Below, one piece after another: positions 1-12,033 of a stretch of 64,000 bases of DNA; within the stretch, counting starts at the first letter, position 1; every line of letters begins with the position of its first letter. The stretch is from Eledone cirrhosa (lineage: Eukaryota), in assembly GCA_964016885.1 (NCBI GenBank), contig OZ024747.1:31434001-31498000 (forward strand), written 5' to 3'. The position numbers and the translations under genes are program-made. Under the pieces are notes generated by a model that searched no databases, was not told the DNA's origin, and was given only the letters and a program-made list of their open reading frames with translations.

Positions 1-924
1 ATTTGTTTAAGTAGCGGGAGGCATGATACATCTAATAGTTATGATTAGGTCTATAATTTAAAGGTACTATATGGCGGTAAAAAAAACCGGCTGCGCGCTG
101 GGCCCCTGGGGCGAATCAAGCTGCTCCGAGTAGTTTCATTTACCGAAAGAAGGGGAAATTTACTTTTCCAAGCACTCAAGGTAGGCCTATGCGCCAGGAG
201 GCCGGTCCCACAGTCAGGAAAACCAACCCAACAGTCCAACAGAAAATTGGAACGTTAAATTATTGTTTAGATTTATAGGATGAAGTTAAAAAAAAAAAAT
301 TAAAATTAAATTAATATATATATACATATATATATAAATTAAATTAATATATATATATAGAAATATTAAAACAATGAAATTAAACACAAAACTGTTAATT
401 CATAGTGAAACTCATTATCTTATGATTGTTTCTGCGGGGGTAGTTCCCTGCATGTTCATTCAATTATTGATCTATGTAAAACATATTACAAAATATCATA
501 GTAAGAAAAAATACATAAGTCTTTACTGCCTGCCTTCAGAAATACTGAGTTTTTTTATTGAAGAATACAAAAAAAAACATACATAAGAATAAGTAAGGTT
601 ATATAACCAGGTTGAAATTGACCAATGTCAAGAATGGAAAGGGGCAGTATAAATCCTTAAGGTTTGTGGTAGTAGATGAATAAATAGGCCAAAGTAGATG
701 AATAAATAGGTATCAAATGTCTTTCAGGAAAAGAAGTGAAAGTTGCTAGTGTAAATGAATTTATACATATTGTATATAAAAAAGTGTTGATGGTCAAAGA
801 AGATTATGGTTGGAGGAAAAGGGGTACTGAGATTAGTGTGTTACATCAAGTAGAATGGAATAGAACAATCTTAAAAAGTTAGTTATTTCTTTGTTGTGAG
901 GAATAATTTGTTCTAAAAATATAT

Positions 925-1029
925 AATTGTTTCTACTTTAGGCACAAGGCCAGCAATTACCCAGTGCATTACTGGTACTTTATTTTATCGACCCCGTAAG
1001 GATGAAAGGCAAAGTCAACCTCGGCGGGA
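925..1029 (-). mobile_element. tRNA-derived SINE family 1, 3' fragment
   Basis: Matches the 3' half of the full copy at 56720-56905 (gcctttcatccttacggggtcgataaaataaagtaccag...gtagaaacaatt). Confidence 0.85.
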
Positions 1030-1202
1030 TAAAAATATATAATATAATATAAAAATATATAGACATGTACACTCACACATGTTTATATATAGGCATACAT
1101 TTATGCATATACATACATATACACACACAGATATACATATTTGCACACATACATATACTCTCACATTTATTCACTTATAACATTTTCTATATTCGTTTAG
1201 TT

Positions 1203-2080
1203 TTATTTATAATATTTGAATGTCCTTCTAATTTTATGGTTACAAACTAAAATTAATTCCTGTCTTTTATTTAATAGAGTGTCCTTTGATTTAGTAATTT
1301 CTAAAATTTCTTGGGAACACAGTCCGCACTCCCTTCTATTGCCCTGATAAGAAATAGCTCTCTTCAGAATCTTCCAAGTTAGGTTATATTTAATATTCTT
1401 CTTTTACCAATTATTAACTGCTTCTGCTAAAGAAGTGGTATTAACTAATTTTTTGTTTTCGAAACTGTGGGTGTGTGCATAAAATCTCGATTTAAATGGA
1501 TTAGAAGTGGATCCTATATAGGATTGATTAGAGTCCTTAGTGGTGATTACACATTTATATACTATATTATTAATTAAGCAATTTCCATTTAAGGAGCAAT
1601 TATCTTTTATTCTACAGTTACAACCGTTTGCATATAGGGTTTCAGAAGTGCTATCCATATTCTCAATAATAATGCTAGTATTTGTGTTTAACGTTTTATT
1701 TGGGAGAGAAGGGTTTACGGTAGGGTAGTTGTAGTCCGAATTGTTGCTAGTTGTTGAAATAATACTTTATATAGGGTTTATGGAATCATGTTGTTTTGAA
1801 CTCTATTAGTTAGATTGGGTATGTAAACCTTAGTCCCTATTAAGGATGAGGATGATGGTAGTTGGTTGTAGTCTGCTATATTATGTTGGTGACGTGAGTG
1901 AGCAGATCTAGCGGGTGGATATGTAGTAATATTCTGGTTAAGCGTTGTAGTATTACCATAGTTATCTTGTGTGTGGTGTGCTATTGTGTGTGGTGTAGCA
2001 GGAACTTTTTTACATTTATAGATGTTATATGGACTTATTTTTTGTTTTATATTGCTCGATGTGGAGTAAGACCCTAACAT
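1203..2080 (-). mobile_element. 5'-truncated, degenerate Penelope-like element: linker plus GIY-YIG endonuclease (CNCR..C..C type, Nematis-like by recall); the 3' UTR probably extends toward position 1
   Basis: ORF 1404-1658 CNCRIKDNCSLNGNCL..IVYKC..YIGSTSNPFKSRF..H..SF; the downstream frame reads WKILKRA..CGLC..LLNKRQELILVCNH; contains stops and frameshifts. Confidence 0.85.
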
Positions 2081-2140
2081 TGAGTGGTAGATTTATCTGT
2101 ATATATATATATGTATACAGATAAATCTACCACTCAATGT
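2077..2140. repeat. Short palindrome at the PLE 5' truncation point
   Basis: acattgagtggtagatttatctgtata ... tatacagataaatctaccactcaatgt. Confidence 0.85.
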
Positions 2141-2193
2141 ATATATATATATATATATAGTGTATATATGAATTTTATAGTTGAGACAGTAAA

Positions 2194-2247
<54 letters not shown>

Positions 2248-2460
2248 TATATATACACATATATATGAGTATATATATGTATATATATAGATATATATAT
2301 ATATGTGTGTGTGTATATGCATATATATATGTATATGTATATATATGTATATATATATGTATGTATATATATATATATGTATGTATGTATATATATATAT
2401 ATGCATGTATATATTTATATGTATGTATATGTATGTATGTATATATATATATATATATGT
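2140..2460. repeat. (TA)n/(TATG)n microsatellite; representative of dozens of similar tracts in the window
   Basis: Direct reading; other long tracts at 11620-11750, 15235-15370, 34995-35185, 40890-40995, 53440-53880. Confidence 0.95.
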
Positions 2461-2828
2461 ACGACTGTGACCTCTGGCATCACGCAGTAATACAGAGTAC
2501 CCGACCTCCCATGGGTACAAACTGAAGCATATAGACAATATGCCCCCACACCCTCCCCCTGTAAAGTGGTCTTGGAGGTGCTACGGCAAAAAAGCCCCCA
2601 GCCCACACTGTAAAGTGGACGTGTAGGCGCCACAGAAAAAAGAACCCAGCACTCACTGTAAATGAGGTTGGTGTTAGGAAGGGCATCCAGCTGTAGAAAT
2701 CAAGCCAAATCAGTTCCTGTATGAGCAAGGCATGGTCAGCCGACCAGACACTGCCCACAACAGGACAACCCATCTAATCGATGCAAGCATGGAAGAACGG
2801 ACGTAAAACGGTGATGATGATGATGATG
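2460..2828 (+). mobile_element. RTE family A 3' end with (ATG)n tail
   Basis: Near-identical to 51010-51373. Confidence 0.9.
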
Positions 2829-2879
2829 TATGTATGTATATATTTATATGTATGTATATGTATGTATATATGTATGTAT

Positions 2880-5384
2880 CTAGGGTGGGTAAAATTCCCG
2901 AGATCCATGGACGAGTTCTCTCCAGCAGTCTCTGTCCCTCATTATCGCTGCCATGTCCTGCGTCTCCAACAGACCAGTGTCTGTCCTTAGGGCATCAACA
3001 TACGTTAACCTTGGTCTTCCTCTTCCAGTGTGTTCATGTAGGGGCTCCCGCAGGAGCAGTGAGTGCAATGTCAACTCTGGGTGTCAGTGAACATGTCCAG
3101 CTAATCTCAGTCTCCTCTGTGTCACTTTTGAGCTGACTTTTGGGAGGCTCCCATACAGCTCTGAGTTTTTCATTCTCAGTGTATACTGATTAATGTTCAG
3201 AGCCATCCTCAGCATACCCGTGTAACACCCATCCACCATCTGAGTGAATTTCTTGGTCAGTATCCAAGTCTCAGACCCGTACAGCAGCACAGAGTCCACT
3301 ACAGCAATGAAGAGGCGGATCTTCAGGTCTTTACGAAGGTCCGACTTACACACCAATCTCAAGCTGTGGCACGCCGCCCAGGCTTTGCTCTTCCTCTCAA
3401 CCACATTATCTTCCATATTCCCACTCTTTGCTCCCAAATACAGGAAGCCCTCAACCAATTCTAGCGGTTTCCCACCTACATTAGTGATCCCCTCTGGCTT
3501 CTCAACATTTTCTACCAGATATTTTGATTTAGCCTCATTCATTCTCAGCCCCACACTCATCGACATAGTCTCAACCTCCCGCATCAAATCCTCTGCCTCC
3601 TTCACTGTATTTGTCACCGAAACTATGTCGTCGGCAAATTCAGCATCTGATACCTTTTTCGCTTTAACTCTCCTGCTCTAAGCCGGTGCTACAGTAAAGC
3701 CAGAGTCCTGGTGTTTCTCCAGTGCAAGGCGCATACAATAGTCCACTACGATGAGCGATGAGAGCCAATGTATCTCCCTGGAGCACTCCAGCCAGTATCT
3801 CAAAGAACTCTGTCATCCCATCAGGTGTAATGACTTGGACTTTGGTGTTGGTGTAGAGCAGTGATATCAGATCCACTATCTTCTTGGGGATTCCATAAAC
3901 CTGTAAGATCTTCATCAGGCAGTGACGGTCCACAGAATCAAAGGCCTTCCTAAAGTCAATGAAAACCATGATCGCAGGAAGGCACTTTGCTCTAGCTCCC
4001 TCTAATATCCCCCTCAGCATCAGGATGTGACTGGTGGTTGATCTTCCCTCTCTGAAGCCGTTCTGGTTGTCCCTGAGCTTCTTCTCCATCTCAGGCTGGA
4101 TCCTGTTAAGAATCATCTTGTTGAGGGTCTTTGCCACAAGTGACGTCAGTGAGATTCCCCTGTAGTTGTTGGTGTTAGAGAGATCTCCCTTCTTTGGCAC
4201 TGGGACGATGTTACTGATCCTCCACTGATTCGGGGCAACTCCTTTCTCCAGTGCCCGGTTACAGAACCCCAGGATGATATCATCAAAATCACACCTCCTC
4301 ATCACCTCTGATGCCACTCCATCTTCTCCATGAGCCTTGCCCTCCTTGATCCTCATCTTGGCTCTCTGAAGCTCCTCTCTAGTGAAGGGCTCTGTCTCAA
4401 TATCCAGTTCCTGAAACAGCCGCCTGATCTCCCCACTGCTCTGGGCTGTGGAGGGTGGCTCTCCTAGTAGGGTCCTAAAATGGTCTAGCCATTTCCTCTT
4501 CCTATCCTCAGGCCCCGTTCCCTGGATCTGAGTCGAACACCTTCTCTTCCTCCCTGTGATCTCGTTGATGATCATCCAGCTCTCCTTACATCCAGATCTG
4601 TCAACCGCTTTCCACACTTCTGATCTTCTCTATCAGTGCCTCCTCTCTGGCCTCAGTGTAAGCGGTACAGAGTTCTTCCCTCATCGCCTCCACAGTCTCC
4701 ATCCTCTCCTCCGTAGGATCAGCATAGAATTGGTCCTTGGCAGCTTTCAGGTGTTCTCTGGCTGCACACACTTATGGGTTTGCAGAGCTGACGTGCTTCC
4801 TTTTGTTCTTTTTCCTTGGCACCAGGATCTCACTTGCTTCCGCCACTGCATTGGTGAAGTGCCCGTACCTCCTCGTCACACTCTCCTCAGTCCATCCAAT
4901 CTCTCTCTCCTCTGTCTCTCCACACAGAGCACTGAACCTGTTCTTCATTTCCACTGGGAACCTCTCCTGTAGCTTATCATCTTCCTTGAAAGTTCCCCAG
5001 TCATAGATGAGCCTTGCTCTTTCTTAAGCTCACTCGGACCTCACTCATAAGAAGCCGGTGGTCACTGCCCAGTGTACTGAAATAGTTGTATGTGTCTCTG
5101 TTCAGAACACTATTCCGCCACTTTTTCCTCACCAGAATGAAATCCATCTGGGACTTCGACAGGTGCATATCTGAAATGTAGGTCCACATCTTCCCCGGAT
5201 TCTTCCTCAACCTTTGGTTGATAGCCATCAACTTCGCCTCCAGCATGGTGTCTCTCAGTAATCTTCCATTTCGGTTGGTGTTGTTATGGAAGTACCAGCA
5301 AGGATCTTCACTGCTCTCCTTACTCAGATGTGCACTGAAGTCCCCCAAAACAAGCAGGATGTTGTGTGCTCGTGGTGTTGACAC
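2880..5384 (-). mobile_element. RTE-clade LINE family C, 5'-truncated, frameshifted EN-RT
   Basis: ORFs 5001-5384 (GDF..H, DFIL, SDH), 3664-4617 (PVPKKGD, NYRGISL, QNGFR, FIDFRKAFDSV, GVLQGD), 3084-3617 (LLYGSETW, RRLRLAGH), 2880-3074 (GRGRPR); (ATAC)n-like tail. Confidence 0.92.
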
Positions 5385-5530
5385 AGGTTCAGTGCTCTGT
5401 GTGGAGAGGCAGAGGAGAGAGATTTGACAGATTTAACATACAACTATTTCAGTACACTGGGCAGTGACCACCGGCTTATGAGTGAGGTCCGGGTGAGCTT
5501 AAGAATATGTATGTAAATATAAGTATATGT

Positions 5531-5552
<22 letters not shown>

Positions 5553-5562
<10 letters not shown>

Positions 5563-5785
5563 GAATGTATATATAGTGTATTTGGTAATACACTGTATGC
5601 TTAATTAAAACATTTTGAAGACCATACGCTATTGTTTTAATCTGTCGGCTTATCTCCCTTTGTTTGTTGAAAAAAGAAGTAAGTGACATAGTCACTACTT
5701 TAAAACAATAGCGTAAGGTCTTCAAAATGCTTTTAATTAAACATACCGTGTATTACCAAATACACTATATATACATTCATATATA
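5553..5785. repeat. Inverted-repeat cassette in a (TA)n tract, probable PLE pLTR remnant
   Basis: Arms about 5560-5640 and 5699-5780; a single arm recurs at 42975-43058. Confidence 0.75.
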
Positions 5786-5967
5786 TATATATATAGTAAT
5801 AGTAATAAATGTGAAGACTAAAATCCAAAGAGGGCTCGATAAGGATAAATATATATATGTATAAATATAGTAATAATAAGAAATTTGATAAATATAGTAA
5901 TAATAATAAATTGAATAAATATATATATAAATATATATATGCATATGTATGTATGTATATATATATA

Positions 5968-6302
5968 TCATCATCATCATTTTACATTCACTTTTTCCCT
6001 GCTTGCAAGGGTGGGACAGGAACTGATTCTGGCTTGCTTTCTGCAGATGGATGCCCTTCCTAACACCAACCTCATTTACAGTGAGTGCTGGGTGCTTTTT
6101 TGCTGTGGCACCTCCACGACCACTTTGCAGTGGAATGATAGGGACTGGGGTCCCTATCATCTCATTTCTACAGCTGAGTAAACTGGAGCAATGTGAAATA
6201 AAGTGTCTTGCTCAAGGAAACAACACATCAGCCGGTCTGAGAATTGAACTCACAACCTTTCGATTGCAAGGCCAATGCTCTAACCACTAGCCATGTGCCT
6301 CC
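5968..6302 (-). mobile_element. tRNA-derived SINE family 2 (CORE-like body, RTE-derived tail), full length
   Basis: A-box-like tggctagtggtt, B box gagttcaattc, body ccttgagcaagacactttatttcacattgctccag, (ATG)n tail. Confidence 0.88.
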
Positions 6303-6623
6303 ATGTATATACAATATATTAATAAATGGAAACTATATTTATAAAACCATAATTTTTTTTTTTTTTTTTTTTTTGACATAACCATGGAAAAAAGAACCTT
6401 GACAGTTGAAAGTTCACTGGATATGTATATATATATATTTGAAAAAAAGTAAAAGAATAACTTCACTTGTAGTGTTAAATAATTTGATAACATTATGTAT
6501 ATATATGTATATATATGTATATATATATATATACATACATATCCCACACAACCACGTGTTGCTACACACAAGGGGAAAGAGAAAAAAATGATGAGACCAA
6601 TAGAGATATATATGTACATTTAT

Positions 6624-7012
6624 ATCTAAATATTGTTATTATCATTTACAGTCCCACTGTGTTTAATGTAAAAACATGTTCATTAGTATATGTGTTGTTA
6701 TTTCTGCTTACATTTTACATACATATATATATCAATGCTTGCGTGGACCTCTCTCAAAATTCGTTGGATTTTCTAATTGGATTCTCACCCCGAAACTGGA
6801 TACCAACCCTGAGTACATCTAAATATTGTTATTATCATTTACAGATGTCCCTCTGTGTTTAATGTAAAAACATGTTCATTAGTATATGTGTTGTTATTTC
6901 TGTTTGCATTTTACATACATATATATATCAATGCTTACGTGGACCTCTCAACATTAGTTGGATTTTCTAATTGGAGTTTCACCCCGAAACTGGATACCAA
7001 CACTGCGTACAC
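6624..7012. repeat. Tandem duplication, about 193 bp x2
   Basis: atctaaatattgttattatcatttacag...ccccgaaactggataccaac occurs twice. Confidence 0.85.
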
Positions 7013-7361
7013 CTGAACTTCCACCAGGAAATCTTTTGTATCATTGAAATTTTCTTTGTTTCTCTTATATATATATATTATATATACTTGTCCGCTATTG
7101 CAAAAAGGCCATAAATTCAAAATTTTGAAGAGAGAGGAAAAGAGACAAGTGAACTTTGAACTTGTACATCTCACTGACCCCCACCACCACAATAACAATA
7201 ACGGCTACACTCGCTCCCTACCATCACCACAGTACTCATTACTCTATCTAAGGTGGCTGACCTGTTCCCTGTTGACATACTGCTGACTCTTTTGATGTAA
7301 GTATGTGTATATACATATATATATGTGTGTATATGTATATCTCAGTGGATGCGACCAGATT

Positions 7362-7670
7362 TCAACACAGCAACAACTACAACAACAACAGCGGCAACAA
7401 CACCATTGTCTGTGTTGAATGTGTGTGTATGTATGTATTTATATATATGTGACTGCAATAGCATCAACAGCATTGTCTGCAGCAACAGCAGCAGTGAAAT
7501 GAAGAAGAACAACAACAACAGCAACAACAACAACAACAACAACAGCAACAGCAACAGCAACTACAATAACAACTACAGCACCAACAACTGCCACCACCAA
7601 CACTGACCATCCACCACCACCACACTGACACCATCCACCACCATTCACCACCACCACCGCCATTACCAGC
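7362..7670. repeat. CAA/CAG/CAC trinucleotide low-complexity tract
   Basis: Direct reading. Confidence 0.9.
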
Positions 7671-8108
7671 GTAAAGCAAACAATTATTATTATAATTATA
7701 TACAAGCTGAACTGGACTGGGAAAGGTCAACAGTTGACATGATTTTGATTTTGATTTTGTATTTGTATCAGTACTGCCGGTAATATATATATATATATAT
7801 GTGTGTTTGTGAGTGGTGTGTGTGTTTGTATGCATGAATAAGTGTTGGTATGTGAGTGGCGTGTGTGTGGTTGTGGTTTGTATGCATGAGTGTTGGTGTG
7901 TGAGTGTGTGTATGTGCGTCGTGTCAATAAGTTTTTTTTTTCTTTTTTTTTTAATGACCATGCTGTAAAATGGAGGGGTAGAGAGGGCCCTTGAGTCTAG
8001 TAAGACATCTTCTCTAGTTCTGGTGGCACAAATAAAAGCACCCAGTCCATGCTGTAAAGTGGCGCAGGTGTTAGGAAGGGCATCCAACCAGTGTATCAAT
8101 GCCAAAAC

Positions 8109-9735
8109 GGTAAGGCTGCCGGACCATCGGGAATAGTTGCTGAGATGCTGAAGGCATCAGGGGACGTAAGCACTAAACTGGTTGCACGCATCATCAATCA
8201 GGCTATATATGGTGGTGTCATACCCAAAGACTAGTGCAGCAGTATTCTCATAAATTGCTACAATGGTAAAGGGGATGCTCTGGAGAGGAGCAATTATAGG
8301 GGTATAAAACTGATAGATCAGGTTATGAAAGTGGCAGAAAGGATTTTAGCACAACTAATTAGAGAAAGGGTCAAACTAGATGAGATGCAGTTTGGTTTTG
8401 TGCCTGGGAAGAGTACAACAGATGCTCTCTTCTTGGTGAGACAATTGCAAGAGAGGGTCTTAGAGAAGAATAAGACACTATACTTAGCCTTTGTTGACCT
8501 AGAGAAGGCCTTTGATAGGGTACCCCGCTCTGTCATCTGGTGGTCCCTAAGGAAGCTGGGTGTTGAGGAATGGCTTGTAAGGACAGTGCAAACTTTGTAC
8601 AGAGGTACTCTCAGTAAAGTCAGGGTAGGAATGGAGTTTAGTGAGGAATTCCAGATACAAGTAGGAGTACATCAGGGTTCAGTCCTCAGCCCGCTCTTGT
8701 TCATTATAGTCCTCCAAGCCATAACAGAGGAGTTTAAGACTGGCTGTCCATGGGAACTTCTCTATGCTGACGATCTGGCTCTTATGGCAGAATCAGTAGA
8801 GGAGCTAGAGAATAAATTCCGGCTATGGAAACAGCAGTTGGAAGCAAGAGGACTGAGAGTAAATCTAGCTAAGACAAAATTGTTGATGAGTAGAAAAGAG
8901 GACAAAACCCTGATTCTGTCAGGGAAATGGCCATGTTCGATATGCAGAAAAGGAACAGGCATAAATTCTATAAAATGCACACAGTGCAGATCCTGGGTAC
9001 ACAAGAGATGTAGCGGGATAGCAGGCAAACTAACAGGTAGGGGGAAATATGTATGCAGTAGATGTACAGGGAAATTAGACAGTAGAAGTCGCATTGATAG
9101 ACACATTTTTCAGATGCAGGAGGGCGCTATAGAAGTGGTGGATAGCTTCCGGTACCTAGGAGATCAGATTAGCATGGGAGGAGGGTGTTCCGAGGCCATA
9201 GTATCTAGAATAAGGACGGGTTGGAAGAAGTTTAGGGAGCTGCTTCCTGTGTACGAAAGGCCAGTTGTATGATGCCTGTGTGAGGAGCGCGATGCTGCAT
9301 GGTAGTGAGACATGGGCAGCAACTGCAGAGGATATGCAACGGCTGGAGAGAAATGAGGCAAGCATGCTCCGTTGGATGTGCAGTGTAAATGTGCGTGAAT
9401 GACCCAGCATAAATGTGTTGAGAGAGAAACTGTGTCTGAGAGGGATAGAATGTAGTGTGCAGGAGAGGAGACTGAGCTGGTATGGACATGTGATGCGCAT
9501 GGAGGATGACCGATGGGTGAAGAAGTGCCAGGAAATGCCAGTTGAAGGAAGATGTGGTAGAGGTAGACCACGAAAAACATGGTCGGAGGTGGTGAGAACA
9601 GACCTCAGATCATTGAAGCTCACGGTGGAGATGACGAAGGACCGTGACGAGTGGAGAGATGCTGAATAAGACCCGTCCCACCCTTGCAAGCAGGGAAAAG
9701 CGGACGTAAAATGATGATGATGATGATGATGATGA
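8109..9735 (+). mobile_element. RTE family B, 5'-truncated pseudogenised RT with PHD-like finger and (ATG)n tail
   Basis: ORF 8325-9272: QFGFVPG, FVDLEKAFD, GVHQGSVLSP, YADD, WPCSIC..C..C..WVHKRC..C..C; in-frame stop near 8232 and frameshift near 9250. Confidence 0.93.
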
Positions 9736-9767
9736 TATATGTAAATATATATATATATATATATATA

Positions 9768-11094
9768 TAGTCCTGCAGGCAATAACGGAGGAGTTTAAGA
9801 CCGGATGCCCATGGGAAATCCTGTATGCTGATGACCTCGCACGTATAGCTGAATCTATGGTAGAACTAGAGAATAAATTCCAAACTTGGAAGCAGGGACT
9901 AGAAAGAAAGGGTCTCAAAGTCAACATGACAAAGACTAAGGTCCTTGTAAGTAGATGAGAAAACAGAACCCAGATCCCCTCAGGGAAATGGCCTTGCTCA
10001 GTATGTAGGAAAGGTGTTGGTAGGAACTCCATTCTCTGCCCCAAATGCAAACAATGGGTACACAAGAGATGTAGTGGCATCTCAGGAAGCTTAATTAAGA
10101 ATGTAGGCTTCACATGCAGCAGCTGTGCTGGGACAGCAAGCAGCAAACAGCCACAGGAAACAAGTACCACCAATCTCTGGGAGGGCTCTGTAGAAACAGT
10201 AGACAGCTTCTGTTACCTAGGTGACCGAATTAGCAGCGGAGGTGGGTGTTCAGAAAGTACAATAACTAGGGTAAGAACGGGATGGAAGAAGTTTAGGGAA
10301 CTACTACCGCTGCTAGCTGCAAAAGGCTTCTCCCTCAGAAAGAAAGGTAGACTGTATGATGCGTGTATCCGAACAGCGATGTTGCATGGTAGTGAGACCT
10401 GGGCGCTGAAGGTCGAAGACTTACGTAGATTAGAGAGAAACGAAGCCTGCATGCTCCGATAGATGTGTAACAATAATATACGTGAACGACAAAGCATAAA
10501 TGAATTGAGAGAGAGACTGAGCATAACAGGAATCAAATGCTGTGTGCAGGAGAGGCGGTTGCGCTGGTATGGACATGTGATGCGTATGAAGGATGAGAGC
10601 TGCATAAAAAGGTGCAGAGCACTAGAAGTCGATGGAAACCGCGGAGTGGGGAGACCCAAGATGACCTGGGATGAGGTGATAAAAGCCGACCTTACCCAAT
10701 CACACCTCTCAAAGGCAATGACACACGACCGCGACCTCTGGCGTCACGCAGTAATACAGAGTACCCGACCTCCCATGGGTACAAGCTGAAGCATATAGAC
10801 AATATGACCCTACACCCCCCATCGCAAGGTGGTCGTGGAGGTGCCATGGCAAAAAAGCACCCAGCCCACACTGTAAAGTGGATGTGTAGGCGCCACGAAA
10901 AAGCACCCAGCACTCACTGTAAATGAGGTTAATGTTAGGAAGGGCATCCAGCTGTAAAAATCAAGCCAAATCAGTTCCTGTATGAGCAAGGCATGGCCAG
11001 CCGACCAGACACTGCCCACAACAGGACAACCCGTCTAACCCATGCTAGCGTGGAAGAACGGACGTAAAACGGTGATGATGATGATGGTGATGAT
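9768..11094 (+). mobile_element. RTE family A, 5'-truncated copy
   Basis: Near-identical to 50056-51373 with point stops; begins directly after (TA)n. Confidence 0.93.
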
Positions 11095-11131
11095 ATTTAC
11101 ATATATATATACATATATATACATATATACA

Positions 11132-11530
11132 TATGAAATATAAGAATCAAAGAACTGTTCAAAACATTTGTGTGCTTGCAACTGTTTCCTCCAAACCGTT
11201 TTTACATGTTTTTACATTGAGCTACTTAACTTACTTATGTATCTGTATGTCTCTTGGGTGAAAAGGAGGTCGTATAACTGTCCATTCATTAATAAATTGC
11301 TCCGAAGAATCCAAACCTCGGTTTGGAGGAAACAGTTGTAAGCACAAAAATGTTTTGAACAGTTCTTTGATTCTTATATTTCATATAACTGCTCTGTAAA
11401 TCATCTGATGTTTTTACATTGAGCTACTTAACTTACTGGTAATAAGGTATTAATATATTACTGCCTACCACTATTTAGGGTTTGTATAAAAAAATATATA
11501 TAACTGCAAAAGGTTTTTGTATTTGCATAA
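11132..11530 (+). mobile_element. PLE pLTR-like cassette with an inverted arm
   Basis: 11132-11197 is the reverse complement of 11319-11387; direct repeat at 11206 and 11408; flanked by (TA)n. Confidence 0.75.
11297..11344 (+). ncRNA. Minimal hammerhead ribozyme (CCGAAGA core, U4C)
   Basis: tgct CCGAAGA a tccaaacc tc ggtttgga g GAAA cagttg TA agca. Confidence 0.7.
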
Positions 11531-11629
11531 CCATAAATAGTATAATTAATACATATATACATATATATATATATTGTCCCACCCATTCATGCAAGGAAAA
11601 GCGGACGTAAAGTGATGATGATATATATA

Positions 11630-11692
<63 letters not shown>

Positions 11693-11710
11693 TACGTATA
11701 TATCTATATA

Positions 11711-11754
<44 letters not shown>

Positions 11755-11975
11755 ATGATGATGATGATGATGATATATATTTATTTAGGTTTGTTGGTTC
11801 ACCACTGGATAGAACTGATCATTCCATATGGTCAACCTTGATGTAATATTAGGGACAGCACTCGATGAAATGCAACTCACCCGTCTTTGTTTGTGTAGTT
11901 GGTGGTGCGAGTACAGAATTAATTATTATAAGATAACAGGAGGCTGGACTGGTGTAATTCCTTAAAATGTTTATT

Positions 11976-12033
11976 ATACTATGAACATTTCAATGATCGG
12001 GTTCAGTATGAATCCGGTGACATCATCAGGTAT
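11976..12033 (-). ncRNA. Degenerate hammerhead ribozyme with an AATAAA immediately 3'
   Basis: Reverse complement: atac CTGATGA [imperfect stem II] GAAA tgttca TA gtat aataaa. Confidence 0.5.

Noticed and set aside
195-225. gccggtcccacagtcagg resembling a twister ribozyme P4; HDV-like topology of the 60-180 motif
   Set aside because: The twister UAA cleavage loop and pseudoknot partners are missing; the HDV P3/L3 is missing
2084-2633. Many 60-260 aa ORFs rich in YI/IY/CV (also at 15.1k, 40-44k, 53k)
   Set aside because: Translations of (TA)n/(TG)n microsatellites, not genes
7325-8105. Poly-N/Q/H/C-like ORFs (also the His-rich ORF 58840-59508)
   Set aside because: Trinucleotide repeats interleaved with (TA)/(TG) tracts; no domain and no consistent splice frame
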